Below the pieces are notes generated by a model. That model saw only the letters and a list, made by a program, of their open reading frames with translations. It was not told the origin of the DNA and did not search any database. The translations under genes and the position numbers were made by a program. 64,000 nt of DNA from Raja brachyura (taxonomy: Eukaryota), in assembly GCA_963514005.1 (NCBI GenBank), contig OY740790.1:19716001-19780000 (forward strand), written 5' to 3'. Positions 10,991-24,609 of the stretch are shown piece by piece; positions within the stretch are counted from its first letter, which is position 1; the number at the start of each line of letters is the position of its first letter.

Positions 10991-13900
10991 CTGATGAAAA
11001 ACACTGATTCTGAATGCATCAGGTTTTCTATATATAGCTATTCAAGTTGGTAAATTGGGAACCCTTGTGATAACGCCTACTTGATCATGTGAGGTCAGTA
11101 GTATATACACCAGTCTTTTGTTGCTGACTTTAAATTGTGTGATAATGGTATTTATATCGGTGTACTAAACCGGCATCGAAAATGTGCTAGGCGTATAGAA
11201 CGAAGCCTCCGTGATGTAGCACCTTATTATGATGTTCCAACGTGCCATGTAATGAGAAGCGTGACGTGTGATCTCGTTTGTAATATGCATCAAGCAATAT
11301 ACCACAAAAAGCTAAGGAGAGATGACATGATAATTTGCTTATGTGGGTTAGAAGGGGTGTGCGTGGGCCGGTTGCATCCTGATGGGCTCGGGTCTGCTAC
11401 ACGACAACGTGGCGTTGACCAACGGGAAATTCTTCCACTGATCCACATTGAGGAAATGGGCTTCTTGAAAGTCCCAAAGAACCTATAAAATCCAAATTAA
11501 TTACCAAATCAAATTAATTACCCAAAGAGGCAAATAATTTTAACCAGCCATTCAGTAAGTTTAGCCCTGCTGATATATCCAAGTAGATGTAACGTTGAAC
11601 AGAGGTGTGAGTGTCCGTCCTCTATCCAGAGGCGGGAATAACATTAACTAAACACAAACCTTTCATTAAAGTATTTAACTCATCGCTCAAAAAGTACGTT
11701 GGTCACACTTATTTTATATGGACAATCTTTTCTAAATATTGACACAGAGGAAGGTATTAAACATTTACTTTAAGTGACTTTAAGGTAAATGCCGGATCAA
11801 CGCGTAACACAGACCACCTGCAGTTTTACAACAGCGAGAACACACAGTGGTTTTGCAATGACAAGGGTGTTATATTTGGCTGAATTCAAGGTGGCGGAAA
11901 AATTCTCGAAGGTAAAAAAAAATGCTGCACAATTGCACGGCTCAAACCGCTATTTAATTTGAGTGTTCCAGAAAATAGTTGGAATGTAGACAAAAATGCT
12001 GGAGAAACTCAGCGGCGTTGAATGTCGGTTGCCTCGGTAATCCCGACGTCCCTGTCACTCTCCTCTGTGTAATTATATACTTACATGCTGTCCATAACGG
12101 TCTGTTATTATTGTACAATATTAAAGTGTTTTCCCTCACGTATTGCAACATTTGGATAGATATATATGGCTCAAACAGAAAATAGGATGCACCTGTTGAA
12201 CGTGTCAACGCAATAGGCTGTGGAAATATAACACAGGTGATTGTTTTGGGACGGATGTTGTGCACTGTGCAACGTGTTTGAAAAGGGGTGGTCGACTGGG
12301 TCAAACATACAAGTCCTTAAGCACATAAATAAACTTGCATTTTTAACATTGCCGATGTCACGGTGGGGCTGCTAAATAATCTCACGGATATAAAAGTGCT
12401 GGAAGGAAAGTCACCCATTTGGTGTCATTAAAAGGTTAAACATTTCACCGTCAGCAGGGTGATCAGAGCAGCAGTCCAGCCATTCTGCGCAGTCCTCTGC
12501 TTTACCTCGCTAGATAGCGGCGCAGGGAAGCAGTGTTTCTCCTCGTCACTTCGAAATCACAGTAGCAATTAAAGCCAGGTACTGCCTCAAGGCTAGTTCG
12601 ATATTGTGTTGTTCCCGAGACAAAGGATCGAAGCGATCGTTCTTAATTTCTTCGGCGACTCGAGAATGTAATAATTGGAGAGTCAGAAAACAGAAGTTTC
12701 CGTCAGTTTTGTTTTCTCTTTGCGCGTGGCTTGTATTCAATTGGAATTAAAACATTTAGAAAAAATATATATAAATAGCAACACAACACAAGGATAAGAC
12801 ACACCGATTTGTAAATACAACGTTGAGATGTTATTCCATTTGCTGTCTCGTATTATTTCATACCAATTGCGTTTAAACTTGCTAGGACCCAGAGTATAGT
12901 TACTTACTCCATCCAACCTGTCTCAAAACTTTACATGTAAGCTTCAGACAAACTTATTCTTTTTTTCTCCTCAGGTGAAAAGGATTTGTCTTTCTGCAGA
13001 TGTTGTCCGACCTGCTAAATCCTTCCATTATTTTCTTTTTTTAAATTTCAGATTTCCAACATCTAAATCCAAAAGAGAAATGCAGCATTTTGAGAGGTAA
13101 TTGTTCTGAATTCGCTGGGCTATTTATTTCAAGTTGAAGTAACAGAATACAGATAACGGATGAAAGTCAAACATGCACATCATGCTTAAAACAAATGGCA
13201 TTTCCTTTTTGTTGTTATAATTAAAGGGTGTTCGAAGGTTGACTTTTTTTAATGATTGCAGAAATAGCGCGAATTGTCCAAACAGTAACAATTTTCAAAG
13301 AGCGCTTGGTTACACCGCTACATGTATTTATTTGTAAAAATATTATCGAGCAATGTATTTCATAGGACTGCATTTTAGGAGCAGCCCAGAGCGCAGTAAA
13401 TTATGTGAACAACGCTTGAATTTGGACTCGAACGCGACGGAATAAACCAAGACGTAAATACAAACCACAACTGGTGTAAGCGAATGGCTATGTTTGTTTT
13501 AGTCTCAGAAGGCAAACTGTACCATGCGAACCGTGCTTTCTGGGCTGGAATTCATCTGTTCAAATTCCAGACTCCTCGGTTAATACTGCTTGGGACGGTG
13601 CTCAGTGGGTGACCCTTTCCTGGTGATCTTGTCACCTTCACCACTCTCTCTTCGGGACCTTTGCAGTTCATTCAGAGGCAGCTGAGAAACAAATGCAAAA
13701 AAAAAAATGATGACACATTAGGAATATGCGTGAAACTATTGCACAATTGAAAACAGAAGGCCATAAGGTTTAGATTGATTATAATATGCATTGCTATTTA
13801 AAATTATTTATGACTTCTTTTTATGGGCGCCGATAATGCAGAGAGAAGACGCTGGGCTCATATTTCAGTGTGGTTTAGAACGGCGCGCGTAGATGCTTCT

Positions 13901-16900
13901 GTACACAAATCTATACAATTGGGTGAATATGCCAGCAACTGGAGGGATGGCATTTAGAATCTTTTTTTGGGGGGGGGGGGGTGGTGGGGTGGTGAAGGAG
14001 AAATGTTGTTTTTGCCTGGTCAATCTTTTCCCCATCTTAATTGCACGTGCAATGCTGTTGGATGCAGTAGGAGCCGAGGCTGGATATTAAAATCTGCCTT
14101 GACGCTTTGTAAGCGGACCTTGAGAACACACTGACAGTGCCAGTGAATATCTCTTTTGTTCCCACCACTTCTCCCTGGATTTGAAAGCAGGGCTGCACGC
14201 GTCGTATTTGCAAAAAAATATCAACAGATAAAAACGAGCAACTTCATGTTGTTTGACAGTGTTACACGTTGATGGAGTAGCTTCCTAAAGGGGGTGATAA
14301 TGGCGAATCCAGCCCTTTTAGGAGCTTGAGCCTGCAGGGCGCACGTGACTTGACCGTACAAAACCAGATTAAACATTTCTTTCAATAAAAAGTCATTTTT
14401 TTATGTCTTTGAACAATGAACCGGCATGATGCAGAATCTCGCACCGCGGAATGAAAGAACAGTTTCTGCAGAACGATGCATTCTGATTAAACCTGACATG
14501 CTGATAACTTCATGCTAATGTAAAATAATTAACATAATAAGTGTAATTAAGAGCGCGCCAACAATGCCATTAATTCATCACGAATTTTATTCGCATTCTA
14601 AATGCTGTCCAAATGCTGTATCCGATTTCTTTGAACCTTTAATTAAACGAGTTGCCTTTTTATTAAACGCTGTTTGATTTGTACAAATTGGAGTTATCCT
14701 ACTTTCTTCCAGTCCATTATCACAACCGAGTTTGCGCCCCCTCTCCTTTAGCGTCTCTTTCACTGAGTAACTTACATCATAGAAATAAAGATTTGGTTTT
14801 TTTTTTCAATTTCCCCACATTATTGTAGCTAATTAATGATTGGAATACGTTTAAAGAATGTTAAAATAACTGTGAAAGGAGCCGAGCGATTACTGAGGAG
14901 GTTGTTTTCGGATGTCACGACCACCTTGTTTGGACGACTGTATCCAAACATGTGAAATCGAAGCGTTAACGTCTTGCGTTAGCCGGAAATTGATATTTCA
15001 AAAATGAAAATATTTTTAAAAGCAATTAAATCAGCCGTCGCGGAGATGTCCCATCTCTCTCTTAATAGAGTAGAGAAGTATCGGTGAAGGTATTCTTAAT
15101 GGCGTGGGAATTATTTTAACAGACACTCAGACACGGTACATAATGGGTAAAAAGGTTTGATGCTGTTGCTGATTTCAGTTAGACGGCTAGTAAATGTATT
15201 AATGTTCCTAGATGTACAAGGATTGGGAAGAGTATATGCCACAGGTAAGAATCTGCTGTATCTCACGTCGGTGTATGGTTAATAGTATTACCGTTAACGT
15301 TTCCATAATAGATCTGGGGTCGCTATTTTATGTGGATGCAAAAGATATTTCTTATTCTTCACTGTTGCTCGGTGTGGTGTTGCCGAAGTTAAGAGTCAGC
15401 CCACACGTTAGAAGCTGATGGAATATTTCCCCCTCAGCTCATTTTCCCTCCATGCAGTGCACATCATAATGGGATTTCTCCTTTCATAATCCGAGTGTGG
15501 CGTGATTTTACATAATTCATCGGAGAGGCTAATAGGGTTTAAGCAGTAGAAATAGGATGTATTTGATACCCTTTCTCTGTTTTGTTGAAGGCGACTGGAT
15601 TCTGGCAAGTGTATTTCGCGAAGCCACAGCCTTAGGGTGGTGGAGTCCGAGTGACATCTGAATGACCGCGTCTGATGGATCCAAATCTCAGCTATATTTA
15701 ACTGAGAAATTAGTAAACACTAACAAGTGCATTTAAACCTAATTTAAAACGGGAGTGGGGTGGGGGGGGGGGGGGGGGGGGTCAAGATCAAACAATAAAT
15801 GTATCGCATTAAAAATCCCCTTTACACTTTCGCTCCCTCCATAATTCCATATAAATTTATCTTATTTTTCCTATTCTCCTCCCCCCCCTCTCCCCCCTCC
15901 CCACGCTAGTCTTGTCATTCATTTTACATTTGTAGCTTTTTCTTTTCGCCCCTTCGTTCCTTCCTTCTCTTACCTTCTCCATCACAGTAAACTGTCTTGG
16001 ATGGATTATGTGACGGTTCCTATTAGGAAGATTCGTTGAGGATCCTGTTATTATTTTCAACGGGTCTGTGATACCCAGCGCTGCTTGGAGATTTGCTCTT
16101 TCTCATTAGCAGCACCACATTAAATTAGATTATAGACGGTAGGAGATACAAGTCCGGTCGTTTAGTGCGAGAACGCAACGCGTCGCTTTTTTAATTCTAA
16201 TTTTCTGTGCAGTGATGAAGTTTTTACGTTTAAAAAAACAGTTGACTTATAAAGTTTATTGGTTTTGCCGAATAGTTTCAGAAATGACAGCCAGTTCGCT
16301 TGGTCCCTTCTGAGGGCCGTGTGCTTCTTTCACGATGACCTGAGCAAACGTGAACATTTCGTTTGTTTCTTCACAGTGGCGGTGATACCCAGATCATTAT
16401 TTCATCCTAAATATACCTGATTAAGATTTGCTAAATTGATCCTGAAAGCCTTTCTATAGAAATGATTGTCGAACAGAGTTCTCTGAATCAACACGGGGAT
16501 TAGCACAATACATCCTTAATCGAGGGGAAACAATCCTTTTCACGCTAAGGGTCATAATTAATGGTATGATTTAATTAATTTGACTTTTATTGTGTTTAAG
16601 AAATAGGCATCAAAGGGACATGCGTTCAGTAGTTGTTTTTTTAATTCTCCGCCAAACTCCTCTGAGAGTTAAGAAGATCATCGGAAATAAATAGGATGAT
16701 GCTTGTGGAACAAAGACGGCATTTTATGCTTCTCTTAACGATGCTCTTCCGACCACGAAGCTGATCGCAATTGAAAGCAACAGCCCAGATGGTCGCATAT
16801 AATAGTTTTTTTTTTAATCAAATATTGCTCAAAAATGAAATAATTCTCATTTTGCTGTTACATTCCAGGCTCTGGGCACATTTTAATTCCTCTTGAAGCC

Positions 16901-19029
16901 AAACAAAGAAACTGCAATCTTGAAATATGGAACTTTTCGAACCCAGTTTCAAACAGGAAGAGTGACACATAGGAAGAAAATTGGAAAAAGAGAGAGATTT
17001 TGTGTGGGAAATGTTGACTACCAATAAGTTTAGCTAGCCTACAAGGCAGGCTATTTTAAATGAAGAGCGATTATGGAACCCTTGGTTTCAGTAACCTCTC
17101 CTGCTCCCACATTACACTAAAATCAGTATTTTGCTTCAATAATTAAAATCCCATCACTTTCAGCAGCAAAATGCATGCAGTTTTATTCAAATATGATATA
17201 CTGGACGTCGATGACGTAATTGTAACGAATAAAAACGAAAACTTGTTAAAATGTGTATATATAGCTGTGCATTTCTGATCCGTTTCATCCCAAATTTGAT
17301 TTTGCTTAGCGTTTGATAGAATCAATGAAAGCCTTTTAAAAAAAGATGATAGTGGCAGCTGGCCCAGGAAGAAGTAAACAAGTACGAAAACTAAGTGCTT
17401 TGTAAACTGAGATGTTCTGCCGTATTTACACAAATGAAAACAACAACCAACAAACACTCATTTATAACCAATTTACAACCGCACAGTGTTGGTTCCCCCC
17501 ACCCCCTCCCCTCCAGGCTTGATTCATTTTTTTCATCGTGTCCAGGATGATTGCTTAACATATCTTCATTCGCTTTGATTCCGCACTTGTTAAAAGAAAA
17601 ACACAAAGCTATATATCTCAATTGAAGTTTGCTAATTGAAGTAAATAGTACCTAATTTCAACAAAATGTACAGCCGGATGCCTCGACGAAATATTGTCGT
17701 TTTTGCTTATAGACCTGCCCGATAATATTAATAGTTTAAAATCAATTTTGAGAAAAATAAAATAATAACGCAAAATAGCAACCAAGCACGAAAATGGGAA
17801 GTGTAAATCTATTGTTGACTGTACAGAGCTTAGCTCTGTGGGGGAAACGCTTGCGATTTATAATATCATTTTGTGTCACAGGGAAGCCCTGTCAAGTTTA
17901 AATGGTTATTCATTCCTCCCATCGAAAACATGTCGTAAACCCATTCACATGGTTTTGTTAGTCTTAATAGGAGGGTGGAAAGAATAATTGATTCTTTTGT
18001 CACTTAAAGATATTCTGATTTGAGTAGGAGGAATTGGGAGGACAAATCAATTCGAAAATAACCTAACACTAAAACAAAACAAAAAAATTAAAGCTAGTAT
18101 TTACACACACAACTTTAGTCCTGCACGAAGGCATTGCTTTTGGGAAGGGATTATTGCGCTGAAATTAGGCTTTTGTTCAAAGGACTGTGTCAGTTCCTGT
18201 CAAACTTATTTGGAAAACTATAGTGTTCACTCCGTAGTTTAAAAATCTTCTTTCCTGAGAACTGTATTGAGACAAACCCTTACCTTCAGTGTTGTGAATA
18301 GCTTGTTCACATTCACCCACACTCTCCCATTTCCTCGTTTTTCATATGCTAACAAACGGGATGATTAGCTCGTTAACACCTCTGCACATCCTGGTCCAAT
18401 TTTCTTTATTTGAGGCTTCTCTATTGTTACCGCTGTCTCCCCCAATAGCTACCACCTCCTCCCCATCCCTGCCCTTTTCGTCCCCTCTTCTCTAAACCTA
18501 ATAGATTAATCAATAACCATTTTGCTGTATGTGCGTCTTTCTTACAAAAAATGTCGTTCAGACGCTGATGCCTGACTGTAAGTCAATGTAAAAAAATATA
18601 AACCGATCACTGTATTTATAAAGAAAGCCTGTGACACATCAGTCCGCATAAACATTTCTAAACTAAATAAATAGCGTCACGTTCATTAATATAGTTATAT
18701 TAAGTTTAATATCTAATTAACATATTACTGTTTTGATAGGGACTGGAAAATGCCCTGAAATAAAGCAAAATCAGTAAATGCACAAAATATCTTGCATGGC
18801 ATATTTCTACATTTGCTCCCCCCCAAAAAAAAGTGAAATTCAAAATAAAAGCCCCAGTTGAATAATTTGAGGTCTCGTATTGCTCCATTCCGCCAGCAAG
18901 TTTATTGATAAAGAATGCTTTGATCACCCTGGTGAAATGGTGCTTGTAGGAATGAGTGGTGCTACTGTTGTCGAGGCCGGATCTATGTTGACGATTACAT
19001 GAAATAACTCGAGTTTTGCATGGCTTAAC

Positions 19030-19328
19030 AGAGGGAAGTCTGACGTTAGCCCCTCACGTGACAATCCTGAGAGTATATCTTTAACTGAGACAATCACCAG
19101 TCTTTATATATATATAAAGGAGGCATAAAAAGCTAAAGAGCTGCGTGCCTGCAAACGTTTTACAAACATTGCCAGGAATTATAGGAAAAGTTAAAACGTT
19201 GCAATGGGCAAATTGAAATAGGCTGTCAAAAAGTTAAATGTGAGTGCTATTGACAGCCCCTTGACCTGCATTAAAAAAGCGTTGTCATCTGATCTGCAAG
19301 GGACTGCCAGCTGAGACAGTGTGTATGT
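19030..19328 (+). promoter_or_regulatory. Putative foxd3 proximal promoter / 5' region
   Basis: Lies immediately upstream of the CDS. Contains TGACGT (CRE-like), a CACGTG E-box, a TATA-like TATATATAAAGG at ~19108-19119 and paired inverted TGACAG sites at 19221-19258. The TSS cannot be determined from sequence. Confidence 0.5.
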
Positions 19329-19457
19329 NNNNNNNNNNNNNNNNNNNNNNNNNNNNNNNNNNNNNNNNNNNNNNNNNNNNNNNNNNNNNNNNNNNNNNNN
19401 NNNNNNNNNNNNNNNNNNNNNNNNNNNNNNNNNNNNNNNNNNNNNNNNNNNNNNNNN
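19329..19457. other. Assembly gap (129 N) just upstream of the foxd3 start codon
   Basis: Run of N characters. Confidence 1.
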
Positions 19458-19516
19458 TCATCAGAAAAGAAGCCAAGCTCTTACCTTTTTTTGGTGATTT
19501 GTGAAAGGGGAGCGTG

Positions 19517-20650
19517 ATGACCCTGTCAGGCAGCGGCAGTGCGAACGACATGTCAGGGCACACGGTGCTCACGGCAGAGGATGTCGATATTGATGTGGTA
19601 GGAGAAGGAGACGAGGGCATGGGGAAGGACAGCGACTCGGAGAGCCACGCCACCCACGACCAGGGGGAAGAGGTGGAGGAGATCGGGGCGAGGGAAATCG
19701 CGGAAAGCCCTTCCGCTCTCTGCCAGCCTTCCTCGGAGGGAGAATTAGCCAAATCGGAAACTCAGGAAAGTGGCTCTTCGAGCGGCAACAACGTTTCAAA
19801 ACCCAAGAACAGCCTGGTGAAGCCACCTTATTCGTACATTGCTCTCATCACCATGTCTATCCTGCAAAGTCCCCAGAAAAAGTTAACCCTTAGTGGGATC
19901 TGCGAGTTCATCAGCAACCGCTTCCCTTACTACAGGGAGAAATTCCCTGCCTGGCAGAACTCTATCCGCCACAACTTGTCACTGAATGACTGCTTTGTGA
20001 AGATTCCCAGGGAACCTGGTAATCCCGGTAAAGGGAACTACTGGACGCTGGATCCACAGTCAGAAGATATGTTTGACAACGGGAGCTTTCTCCGTCGGCG
20101 GAAAAGGTTCAAGAGGCAGCCGGCGGACCATCTGAGAGAGCAGACTGCCCTCATGATGCAGAGTTTCGGAGCATATAGTCTGAGCGGCCCTTACGGGCGT
20201 CCCTATGCTCTGCATCCCGCCTCCTACTCTCACCCCGCTGCCCTTCAATATCCCTACATCCCTCCTGTGGGTCCCATGTTACCCCCGGTCGTCCCGCTCA
20301 TCCCGTCCAGCGAACTCAACAGGAAAGCCTTCAATTCTCAGCTCAGCCCCAGCCTCCAGCTCCAACTCAGCAGCCTGAGCTCCGCGTCCATCGTCAAAAC
20401 GGAGCCCTCCATCAGACCTTCGTTCAGCATCGAGAATATCATCGGGGTGACAAGCACGTCGGGCGGCGCACAAACTTTCCTCCGGCCGCCCGCGACCACT
20501 CAGTCCGCGTTGGTCAGCCCTCAGCCCTTTTCTTTAGCGCGAACCACGGCCGCAATCACCCCAATCATCAGCGTCCCCACGAACATCATCTCCGGACAAT
20601 TCTTACAGTCAGCAGCTTCGGCCGCCGCAGTGACCAAATGGCCATCTTAA
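19517..20650 (+). CDS. foxd3: Forkhead box protein D3, single-exon CDS, 377 aa
   Basis: ATG at 19517 (the ORF track starts at the upstream GTG). N-terminus [31 protein letters not shown] is diagnostic of FoxD3. Forkhead domain [12 protein letters not shown]...[10 protein letters not shown] at ~19820-20115, eh1 motif FSIENII at 20423-20443, C-terminal KWPS then TAA. alg6 lies downstream, matching conserved synteny. Confidence 0.97.
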   Translation: MTLSGSGSANDMSGHTVLTAEDVDIDVVGEGDEGMGKDSDSESHATHDQGEEVEEIGAREIAESPSALCQPSSEGELAKSETQESGSSSGNNVSKPKNSLVKPPYSYIALITMSILQSPQKKLTLSGICEFISNRFPYYREKFPAWQNSIRHNLSLNDCFVKIPREPGNPGKGNYWTLDPQSEDMFDNGSFLRRRKRFKRQPADHLREQTALMMQSFGAYSLSGPYGRPYALHPASYSHPAALQYPYIPPVGPMLPPVVPLIPSSELNRKAFNSQLSPSLQLQLSSLSSASIVKTEPSIRPSFSIENIIGVTSTSGGAQTFLRPPATTQSALVSPQPFSLARTTAAITPIISVPTNIISGQFLQSAASAAAVTKWPS

Positions 20651-21111
20651 TACCTTCCCCGCTTCCAAACGCTCACACACCAGACCTTTTTTTTGCTCCT
20701 GTGGTAGTGAGTTGCACTGAACTTGACTGCAAATGATAGACTATAATCTTATCTATATAAAAAAAAGGAATGCTTTCTGTACAGGTAAATACGTTTGTAA
20801 ATATTTGTATAAAGAACCTATCGGTTCATAGTCATTGAGTTTTATTTTTTAATTAGACGATTTCACAGTTGTAGTATAGAGCTTTGGGCTTTCACACTTA
20901 ATGTCTTTTTGAAAGGTTCATTGCCAGTAGTTTATTGATGAACATGTACAGATATTAAGGAAGACTGAATCATTCTAAAGAATTAATCCAACAGGAGAAA
21001 ACTGTCAATATTGTATACGACTACAAAAGCTTAAAGCCCTTTATAAGAATTAAATATATGTATTCTATGTAGCGCCGCCGTCGTGTTGTACAATGGGAAT
21101 TAAACTTTATA

Positions 21112-21117
21112 AATAAA
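21112..21117 (+). promoter_or_regulatory. Putative foxd3 polyadenylation signal AATAAA
   Basis: AATAAA ~460 nt after the stop codon, preceded by ATTAAA and followed by a U-rich tract. Confidence 0.6.
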
Positions 21118-24100
21118 TTTTACAAATTGCAAACATTCATGTTTTTATTCATTTCTCTAAAAAAAGATGCTATTGGCTGATAATTGCAAAGTTTATTTCT
21201 GTCGTAAATGTACTGTGCGCGGGAAGACACACACTGCCGGGTCAAATTCATTGCCATGGTTGGAACCTGCTAAAGATAAGCAACATGGCAGCTCAGCTTG
21301 TTCTTATCAATTAAAAAAAAATCTTTGGAGCGACGACATTGAGGTCATTGCCATTAAAAATAAAAGTAAAAGCCAATTAATCAGTGGGCACTTTGCTGTA
21401 GATATGAGGGGTGAAATTTGAGCTGACAGCATCTACTGTACAACTTAATGGAAGAGAGGTTCGCAAAGGCAAAATAAGCACGGCTCGACTGAAATCTCGT
21501 TCTTTTTCCATTTTAGTCATGTCGCGAAATCGTTTGACTTGGGAGAATTTTTACCATTTTAAAAGGCCGCGCTTAGAAAAAATTCTAAGCAAGGCGCGTT
21601 ATCATGAAATATATATTTTATATCTAAATAAACGTAATTCCGATTGTAGGTGGCGATCGTTTTAAATGTGGATTCGCCATAGATTGCACTATTGTTAGTA
21701 TAGCAAAATATTAACGTCTATTACTTAAAATTGTTTGGAGAGATGTAGTTCGAGCAGATTTAGTTTTCAGTAAAGGAACCAGGTTTGACGATCTACCTGG
21801 AGTGACGGCGTATATTTCTTTGCACTATTTCCCTGTAACTCTTACATTATCACTGGAATAATAATACACAAGTTCAAATGAGGCACAAGGGCGCACCAGT
21901 AATCGGGAGCTTGCAAGTTTCATGAAGCAATGTAAATAATATGAATGGGACTTAAATATAGAGTACATTGTGGGATTTTGTATAAAAATAAAATAGGCAA
22001 TTAAAGGGGGGAAAAGGGTACTCTGAAAACATCTAAGGGTTCTGGAGATATTTTGACAGTTGGCAATCTTATCATTTCTCTGTACCTCCCAGTTACAGAC
22101 ATGTTTTATATTCAGCTGAGAGGTATTGTGTTTGAACGAATGTTCAATAAATATTATTCAATTGTAATTTAGATACCATTGGAATTGTCCCAGTTCGGAA
22201 GCTAGACCCTCTCTAGAATGGAACATAATACCCTGAAAGCTGGACATGTAGTTCTTCCAACTTGTGTATTATGAATTCAATCAAATACAACGCACCGCAC
22301 TGACCCTACATTCTGTGTATGGGGAGAGAAAAAAAGAAAGCTGGGGTTCTGGGACAATTCTGTCAAGTCTCTGTTTTAAACCAGAGCGGAGGGGCAAATA
22401 AGTCGAAGCAGATAGTATTCGTTTTATTTTGTAAGTGATCGCGGGCGACGAGATTGCGTTGAGATCGCTGGCGCTTCTCTTCTCCCTCGGCTGTTTGTCG
22501 ATGTGTCGGGGCTTAAGTGTCGCTTCTGGTATTGAATGTCCATATTTACTTCACACTCCGTGCTTAAAGAGAGTTGCTAGATGACTGACCCCGTCCAAGT
22601 TGAACAACATTTGCGTCCGGGCCAAGGCTCGATTTCTTTCTGTAACCGTAAATATTATTTTACAGTGAGCTAACATTTGTACGTCCGTATAAAAACACCA
22701 AATGAAGCGAGCCGCCCCGCTCGCCGGGGTGTGGTCTGAACACCAGGGACATATATTTGATAACCATTTGACACGGGCAGAAATGTCCGCCTCCAACTTT
22801 ATTTGAAGGGCAACATAATAACAGCAGATCCTGTCCCTAAACTGAATCTCCGCAAGTAATCCTTTTACAAGGAAATTGAAACTGATCTAAAAATGTTGTG
22901 CCTCTTGTTTCTATAAACGTAACAAGATGTTAGGCATTTGCGACCCTACTTATGAGTTGAGTTTACACAAATCAAGCAAATGGCGGATGGTTCGTGAAAC
23001 ATGAGCATTAGTTCTATATTTGACTGATACCCCTGGGAAAGTAGAAAGCGACTCCTAAAATCACTGTCCGTCTCAGAAACCTGCTGATATAACCATTCCG
23101 AAATGACAGCGCTCATTCCAACACTGATCCTTTGTTGCCTCCAACTTTTGCCCATTCGTATTTCTCTCCAGTTGTAACTTTTGAGTCACCTTCCGGTCAA
23201 CTATGATGTTCAAGTGATTTATTTGTCATGGATTTTGGCGCAACGAAACGACGTGAATATGAACTTCGCAAGCTTCTGCATAAACGCGGGGCAGATGGGT
23301 ATTTACCCGTTTCGAACCCACCTGCTCAAAATTATTATTTTTTTTAATGATAGAATCTCTCATCTGGAGCAAATGCTTAATGTTATTGAACCCCGAAGGA
23401 GAAATGACAAGTTGAGGCTCAGATCAGGCACGACACGAGTATTGGTAACCAAAAAAATCGTTTTAGTCAGAGTTTAGATCTCAGAGCAGTGTTGATAATG
23501 ATGTGAGCAACATCATAATAATTATTGCAGCTTAACCAAATCTCGTTCCATTTGGAAGCTCGGGATTGGATTTGGACGGGGGTGTGTGGTACCACAACGG
23601 AGCACTAGATGGCACTTACGGAATGTGCTTGAAATGTCTGAAATGTTAACAACTGTCCGAGAGGTACTTTCAACAGAAGAGCAAATAAAAAGTTTAACTC
23701 GTGCCATCCAAATATGCAGGCAAATCGTAAATGTGCGCATTTGTCTGTGTTAGAATTGTGTTTCGAATTTTCTGAAGAGTTGGCCGTGATTGTAAACAGA
23801 AGTAACATCTAATTTAGTAGGTATTTTCGGTAGGTTATTTTCGGAGTGAGTCTTGAGAAAGGCGGTGGCCTCCTTTGCCCGGGTCCCAACACTTCTGCAT
23901 TTAACACGTGAATGAAACCTTTGCTCAGCGGGCTCTATGACCAGGAGGGTTCAATGTGAGGAAATCAATATGATTTTGTTTCAAACATCCGCCGACCCTT
24001 TGCTGGGTGGTGGGATTGGAAGAGGAGGCGACCCTGCAGCCAGTGACTGACCACATCTACTGCACGGCGAGCTCGTAAATAAAGCGATAACTGAGCAAAA

Positions 24101-24609
24101 TCCATTCCCAATCCCATCCACTTGCACCGGTGTTTAAAATATATCAACGTAAAAAGTTAAGCGCTATCTTTGGGAGATAAATCAGCGACCACACAAAGTC
24201 AAGAAGAGACTTGAAATAGAACCAACTCTCTTTGTTAACCTAAATAAATCATGATTTGGGGTTATTTTACCATCACTGTTACCTGCAATTTCCTCGTTAG
24301 CTTGTACCTATGCCCAGAAAGGCAATTTAATTAAAATTTTGATCCCAGTTTCTGCATTTCAAATACCATTGAGTTCAGTTGTGAATAACCAACAGGATAA
24401 TTCACGCCGTTCAACCCTTGAGTTAAGGTGTGCTGCTTATGGCTGTTGCGTTCTTAGACACATATCCACCAAGTGCCAGGAATATCCCTCCCGCTTCTAA
24501 ATGCATTTCGAGAGTGCGATTTACAATTATTTGGCGGCAATGGGATAAAAGGGTGTATTTTAAAATATTGTCAGTGAAACATATGAACCTGGGAGTGATT
24601 TATCTGATA

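Noticed and set aside
11135-11488. 117-aa ORF in unique sequence
   Set aside because: Non-ATG start, no recognisable domain and no splice context.
15754-15781. Poly-G runs (also 13969-13990 and the C-run at 10960-10973) as G-quadruplex elements
   Set aside because: Simple homopolymers that are common in this genome and error-prone in assembly; nothing else supports a function.
19514-19516. ORF-track start of foxd3 at GTG
   Set aside because: The adjacent ATG at 19517 gives the conserved MTLSG N-terminus, and eukaryotic initiation at ATG is far more likely.
19285-20473. Antisense and overlapping ORFs across foxd3 (19285-19752, 19569-19826, 20060-20248, 20279-20473)
   Set aside because: They are shadows of a GC-rich CDS, one spans the N gap, and none has recognisable protein features. 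An antisense lncRNA cannot be supported from sequence alone.
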